In this document: positions 57,796 to 64,000 of the stretch, piece after piece
How positions within the stretch are numbered: the stretch's first letter is position 1
How the letters are laid out: each line of letters opens with the position of its first letter
NCBI GenBank assembly: GCA_043228905.1
Contig: JBHGNT010000016.1
Span: 8,618,001-8,682,000, forward strand
Origin: Azolla caroliniana
Lineage: Eukaryota > Plantae > Polypodiophyta
DNA: 64,000 nucleotides
Reading direction: 5' to 3'
Program-made: the position numbers and the translations under genes
Notes under the pieces: model-generated
Seen by the model: only the letters and a program-made list of their open reading frames with translations
Database searches by the model: none
What the model was told of the DNA's origin: nothing

Positions 57796-58666
57796 CGTTG
57801 CACTATGTTGAGCTTGATTTTCAACAATTGATGCGTAGTTCGTGAGCTGTTGGTCTCGTACCTTTTTCTGGCACTCCTCTTCATAGTGGTCGTGTTTTCC
57901 ATCCGATTGGGAGTAGAGCATATGACCCTCTGATGCGTTGCCCCTTTGTCAAGCGTGATTTTACTCAACCAACAATATTGATTGGAGATCGAAAAACGAA
58001 GGAGGGTTCTCCCTTGCAAGGATGGCCGATCTAATCGAGCCAAATCGGGGTGCTAATCTGCCGAGGCATATTTGCACCATCTCTTCATCGTTGATTACAA
58101 CATTAATCGAACCGAGGGCATCGCACAACTCCTTGATCTTTAAGGTATAGCCTGTGATCGACATGTCCCTCTATTGCATGTTGCTTAGCTCTTGTCGAAG
58201 TTGGAGCTTTCGTGCAGCCATGTTGGCCGCAAAAATATTCTTGAGGTTTCCCCAAGCTTCTTTCGGTGTTTTCGAATCTCAAATATAGCCAAGCATATGA
58301 TCATGAACGCATGATACAAGGCAATACAACACACGGCTTTCGGCCTGCTCCCAAGCAGGATAATCGGCATGTGTTGGGTTGGTTTGAGTTTCGTGAGCTC
58401 CTTCAATGTAGCTCCACTAACCTTGTCTGACAAGGTATTGATGCATCTTGTATTCCCAAGATGCGAAGTTCGTTATGTTAAGCTTCTCGGTAGGAAGAGC
58501 GCTTCCCATCTGAGTGTTCATTATGTTGATTTCTTCTCTGTTGATGAGCCAGTTCTATTGATCGTCGACGTGTACCACAACACAGTTAAATAGATTCGAT
58601 TAAGCAACCACACGCTTTGATACCATGTAAATAAATGGAGCTAGTGGTGTAATGCAGCGGAAGATA

Positions 58667-58716
<50 letters not shown>

Positions 58717-58842
58717 CACGTAAGGCAAAACAGAGAGAGAGAGAGAGAGCTTAAGACAGAGATAAAAGACGGTACATTAACCAAAATACTTCCAATAGTA
58801 ACTAAGTTACAAGGGGTTGGTTTAAATACCAACTAAACTAGG

Positions 58843-61800
58843 AACACCGGGACATTTGAAACAGGTAATATGTCGCATTTTGAGAACTGTCCATCAAAAA
58901 ATGACACAAATTAGGGTGATTCACAAAAAGGGGTGCCGCATGCGTAAAGGAATTTAAAAAATGACCCAAAAATATATTGATTTTTAACATGTACGGAAAT
59001 TTAGGTGTTCAAAAAAATGCCTAAATAATGGACATGCCAAACTTACAAATGAATGTCCAAAATGACTAACCCCAATATTTATAGAAATTCTGAATCCAAA
59101 TCTTGATGTGCAATACAATATTTATAGTTAACGTATCAGGACAATCATTTTTCAAGTTTATGTCATCATCTTCATACCCATTAGATGAACTAGTACGAGT
59201 TTATGAGGTCTCATCCTCATCATTGATGGCAACTAATGCATTGTGTTGATCCAATTGCAATCCAACCTCATCGAGTTTATGAGTCATGCTTCTTGTTTGT
59301 CTTTGTGTTGTGTCTGAAGCCACATTCCAGATCCTCTTTTAGTATCTTCATTGTGGTCTGTCACAGATAACTTGTTTTGGTCAAAGATAAGTCATACACT
59401 AATATATAAACATTATCCAATGTAAGAGTAGATGTGCTTGATGCATCTTTCCTCCTCACTTTTTGGTTATGATATTTCATTATGTACTTTCCATTTACAA
59501 TATTAGATTATGTGAGAGAAGCTTTCTACCAAAATCATTAGAATCTAAAAAATGTCTTAAAGATGTTTTCCATTTTTATTAGATTCTCATAGTAAGCCTT
59601 TGATGTCGTACAGAAATCCGATTCATTCCATCTAGATTTGACGCAACATGTCGAATTTTACTCTATACATCTAGAATTGGATATAATGCATCAGATTCCT
59701 GTAAGTCTTGGAATTTTTTCAAAAATTTCCATTAAAAAAATACTCTTGCATTTTAATGCATTGCATTGAATTCTAGCTACATAGACTAAAATATGATACA
59801 TTGCATGAATTTCCAGAAAATACATAAATAAATACAAATTGAAAAAAATAAAACATTTTCCCATAAATAAATAAATAAACATTTTCTATTTTACTCGTAA
59901 ATAAATAAATAAAAATTGAAAAATTAGATTTCAATGGAAATCCAATTCCGTACATCGGATTCAATTGAAAATCCAATTTATCTTATTTTTTTGAAAATTT
60001 TCTTATTTTTTGAATTGTTTTTGAATTTGTTTTTATTTTTCCCATAAAAAAATAAATAAAAATTGAAAAAATGGATTTTCAACGGAAATCCGTTGCACTA
60101 CATCGGATTTTGGTTGAAAGTCCACTTTTACGTATTTTTTTCCAAATTTGCTTTTTTTTTTGAATTTGTTTGAATTTTTTTGAATTTTTTCTATAAAAAA
60201 TAAATAAATATTAAAAAAATAGATTTTCAATGGAAATCCAATGCAGTGCATCGGATTTCCGTAGAAAATCCAATGCAGTGCATCGGATTTCCGTAGAAAA
60301 TCCACTTTTTCTTATTTTTTTCCAAATTTTCATAGTTTTTAGAATTTTTTTGGTATTTTGTTTGTCTATTTTCTCATAAATAACTATATAGAAATTGAAA
60401 AAATGAATTTTCAAAGGAAATCCGATGCATTGCATCGGATTTCTATTGAAAGTCCACTTTTTGCTATTTGTTACCAAATTTTCATATTTTAAAATATTTT
60501 TTTGTATTTTTTAAATTTTTTTTCATTTTTTCCCATAAATAAATAAATAAAAATTGCAAAAAATGGGTTTTCAACAGAAATCCGATGCACTACATCGGAT
60601 TTCTATTGAAAATCCATTTTGTCTTATTTGTTTCCAATTTTTCAGATATTTTGAATTTGTTTTTGTATTTGTTTTGAAATTTTTTTGTTTTTATCATAAA
60701 TAAATATATAGGAATTGAAAAAAATGGATTTTCAATGGAAATCCGTTGCACTGCATCGGATTTCCATTGAAAGTCCACTTTTTCTTGGTTGTTTACAAAT
60801 TTTCTTATTTGTTTATATTTTTCTCTAAAAAAGTGTTAAAAATAAACAAATTGTGATTTTCTCCATTTAAAATGATGTGTTTTCAATGGGAATCCGATGC
60901 AGTGCATCGGATTCCCGTTGAAAACAGATCATTTTCAACAGGATTTTCAATGGAAATCCGATGCAGTGCATCGGATTTCCGTTGAAAGTCCAATATTTTT
61001 CTTATGTTTTTTCATAAAACATTAATTTGCAATTGAAATCCAACTCAATGGTTCAGATTTTGTTGAAAATGTAATATTTTTTTATTATCTCATTGTTTTA
61101 TGAAAAACCTAAAAGAAATTTGGATTTTTAATTGAAATTCGATGTAGTGCATTAGATTTCAGTTGGAAATCCACTTTTTTAATATATTTTTATTTATTTT
61201 TTGAAAAAATGAAAAACAATTGAAAAGAAAGAGGATTGCCAACTAAAATCTGATGCAATGCATCAATGTCTAGCTGTATAGACTACAATCTGAAGTAGTG
61301 TATCGGATTTCAGTTGAAAAGCCGTTTATTTTTTTTTTTATATGGAAATAAATAAATAAATAACATTGGAAAAAGAAAAAAGAAAAAAGGATTTTCGACT
61401 CTAATCCAACGCATTGCATTAGATTCTAGCTATATATACTAAAATATAATGTAGTGCATAGTATTTTAGCTGAAAATCCATTTTTTATTTTTTAATGGAA
61501 AAAATTTTAAAAATTACAAAAAAAAAAAACTTGGATTTTCAACTGAAATCTAGTGCATCGCATTGGATTCCAATTAAAAATCCAAGATTTTTTATTTTTT
61601 CAAATTTTATTGTTTCAAATTTTCAATGGGTTTTAGATTAGTTTTCTGACACAGGTATATATTATAAAACTTACATCAATTTAGATTAACGTTATATTCT
61701 ATTCTTCAGTTTGATGTTACCTGTGCAATTTCATTCTACTGTCATGTACTACTAAAACATACGCCTTAAAGATTATCAGGAACTCTGTTGCATTAGAGAA

Positions 61801-62765
61801 GGACCTTGAGCAAGTTAATGTCATCAAAATGAGGATCCAAGGTATCTGGGGTTGTCCTGATCAAGACCAAGAAGTTGGGGCAAAGCATATCAATAAAACT
61901 TAGATGTTCCAGATGACTTTTAGAAAACTTGTGGAACTATAGATGAAGACGCAGGACAACTTGTTGAATTAGAAGACGTTTCAGAGTCTGAACATACTAA
62001 CAATTCAACTTAGCGTACTAACGAAACCAATGAGGACAATCCTGATGAAAGAGCTAATCCTGAGTAGACGGCTTTACCAGACTTATTATTCAATTGAATG
62101 GTTATGGCTTATTGTAAATTTTGAACAATATGAATTGTTAAATTTTGACGTAATATATAAGTTGAGCTTACTTATAATTTTCGTGTAACAATCATTGAAC
62201 TTAGAAATTAAGTATACTTGTATGTGTACATGTTATCTAAACTCTCCTTTATCATTTGGGGTATATCGGAGATAAGTTTATACTCTATCATTTACTCGTA
62301 TGATTGGAATGTTATTGTAGACTAGTTTATTTATACATTGACAGTGTCATGTATCATGTGTCAATGGAAATTTTCTCTTGACATAGTAGTATCTCTTAAT
62401 TGCAAGGTTCACAATTTTCTTTAAGATGTATTATATTTAAATATACACACATAATTAGAAGAAGTAACTTATTCAATGGGGCATGCTTTTTAGAATATGC
62501 ACAAAGACCCGTGTTACTATTATACTTGTGTTGACAAATACACCCCTGTCTAAGATTTGGACAAAAACATGGTAGATAGAATATACGTCGGATGATTTTG
62601 TTGACGTGATATTAGTTAGTTCTTTTTTTCGCTATGTTTTCATAAACCACATACACATGCGTCGTGCCTTGTTGAAATTCTGCTTAAATAAGGCATTTTT
62701 TAACATCTCACTAAGATATGAAAAAGAGAATGCGACATATTACCTGTTTCAAATGACCCGGTGTT
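58843..62765. mobile_element. Non-autonomous DNA transposon with 37-bp TIRs and 4-bp TSD, superfamily unassigned
   Basis: TIR AACACCGGG(A/T)CATTTGAAACAGGTAATATGTCGCATT (58843-58879 and 62729-62765); TSD TAGG; removing it restores the LTR sequence ACTAAACTAGGGCAAGTG. Confidence 0.9.
59750..61590. repeat. Array of ~15 palindromic units of ~45-50 bp separated by AT-rich spacers
   Basis: Consensus TTTTCAATGGAAATCCGATGCA-N-TGCATCGGATTTCCGTTGAAAA; best copy at 60878-60926. Confidence 0.9.
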
Positions 62766-63877
62766 TAGGGCAAGTGACCTTTATACTATTTACAAAACTA
62801 GCCTGGTATGACCATGAGCTAGTGTGAAACCTATTACTATGGGAAGTTGTGTTCGACTCTCAACAAGTAACTTAGCATGTGCAAGCATACTTCGGACCCT
62901 TTCCATTACAGTCTAGTTCATTCTGTCGGCCAACCCATTACAGCATACTCAAGCCGGATTCCTTGATTTCGGCAATATTCCTTGAACGGTCCACAGTACT
63001 CTCCACCATTGTCCCCTCGGACTACCTTCAATTTTCGGTTGGTTTCTCTCTCAGCCCTCGCTTGGAACTCTTTGAAGACGGATAACACTTGGTCCTTCGT
63101 CTTCAGCACGGAAACCCACAACTTCCGGCTATAGTCATCCATGAAGGTCATGAAATACTGTGAACCATCATGCGACTTCGTGTCCACATAGCATATGTCT
63201 GTATGCACGAGTTCCAACAACATTTTCTTCCTCATCGGGGGCCTTGCTCGGAAGGATGTTTGATTCTGCTTTCCGGCCAAGCAATCCGTACAGTTCTCTA
63301 GTTGCACATTCTTCACCTCAGGAATGAGGTTGTCCTCGGCAAGCTTTCGCATCCCTTTTTGGCTCATATGGCACAACCTCTTGGGCCACAGTTCACTGAC
63401 CATATTGGTTGCCACGTTTGCTTCCCCTCAGCATATTCGAGCATTCATTATGTACAATGTGTTGGTTTTCTAGGCTCGAGCCACGATCAGGATTCCTCAG
63501 CAGAACTTCATGAGACTGTTTCGGATGCTACTCGTGTAGCCTTCATCATCTAGCCGACCGGCTGATATTAAGTTCAATTGGACCTCTGGAACGTGTTGTA
63601 CATCTCTCAACACAAGTTTGCATCCCGTTGAAGTTTCCAAATGCACATCTCCAATAGAGACAATTCGGCATGCTCCTTCATTTCCCATCTTTACAGATCC
63701 GAGATCTCTAGCTTTGTAGGATGAGAAGCACTTTTGGCCAGGGGTTAGGTGAAACGACCCACCCGAATCGACTACCCATGTCGATTCTTCGCCTGCGAGA
63801 TTCACTTCGTTTTGCTCACTTATAAGCAACAACTCCTCCTCACTCGCGGTGATTGTTGAGGTGTTCTTCCTATCCGG

Positions 63878-64000
63878 TGTCGTGAAGAAAACCGGCCATA
63901 GGCGGAATGGGAGAGAAAGCGCATAAACCGGCTCTTACACGGATGGACGCGTGACTTGACATTTTGTACCCGATTCATAAATGGATCGCTGGATGTAAAT
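63878..64000. mobile_element. End of another LTR-like insertion, cut by the window edge
   Basis: Copia frame stops abruptly at TCCGG|TGTCGTGAA, the same terminus as at 26328. Confidence 0.65.

Larger units (their letters stand above)
52006..62865 (-). mobile_element. Family-B copia hosting further nested elements
   Basis: LTRs 52006-52303 and 58626-62865 (interrupted); TSD GGTAA/AGTAA; PBS ~58614-58625; gag ~57800-58520; RNase H ~52490-54000. Confidence 0.88.
49590..63877 (-). mobile_element. Degenerate family-A copia in two pieces (49590-52005 and 62866-63877), split by a family-B insertion
   Basis: LTR end 49774; PPT 49775-49789; RNase H, RT, INT C-terminus; frame MLAHAKLPKTFWAE is restored across the insertion; protease WVVDSGGS at 63497-63832. 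Confidence 0.9.

Noticed and set aside
59750-61590. CRISPR-like repeat-spacer pattern
   Set aside because: Spacers are low-complexity, similar to each other and variable in length; no cas genes; eukaryotic TE context
58845-62763. CACTA assignment from CAC termini
   Set aside because: The inverted repeat extends two more bases (AA/TT), there is no 3-bp TSD, and the empty site implies a 4-bp duplication

Overview
Eukaryotic, almost certainly land-plant, heterochromatic DNA made of nested transposons. The element types hint at a non-seed plant, but that is inference. Most of the window is Ty1/copia elements of at least three families (called A, B and C here) plus Ty3/gypsy remnants. It also holds an L1 LINE with a 17-bp TSD, two tandem RTE/RTEX-like LINEs, two clear and one probable hAT-type MITE, and a 3.9-kb TIR element with a 4-bp TSD and a central array of ~50-bp palindromes. 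One family-A copia (15376-20875) is structurally complete. The only host gene recognised is a class III peroxidase pseudogene (minus strand, 21301-28522) split by two LTR insertions. Most notable: the palindrome-array TIR element; strong CCGG enrichment in family A, with two LTR insertions landing right after TCCGG in it; and CCGG-hairpin tandem arrays in family-A U3 regions that differ between the two LTRs of one element. No prokaryotic system or CRISPR is supported. All boundaries and counts were read by eye.
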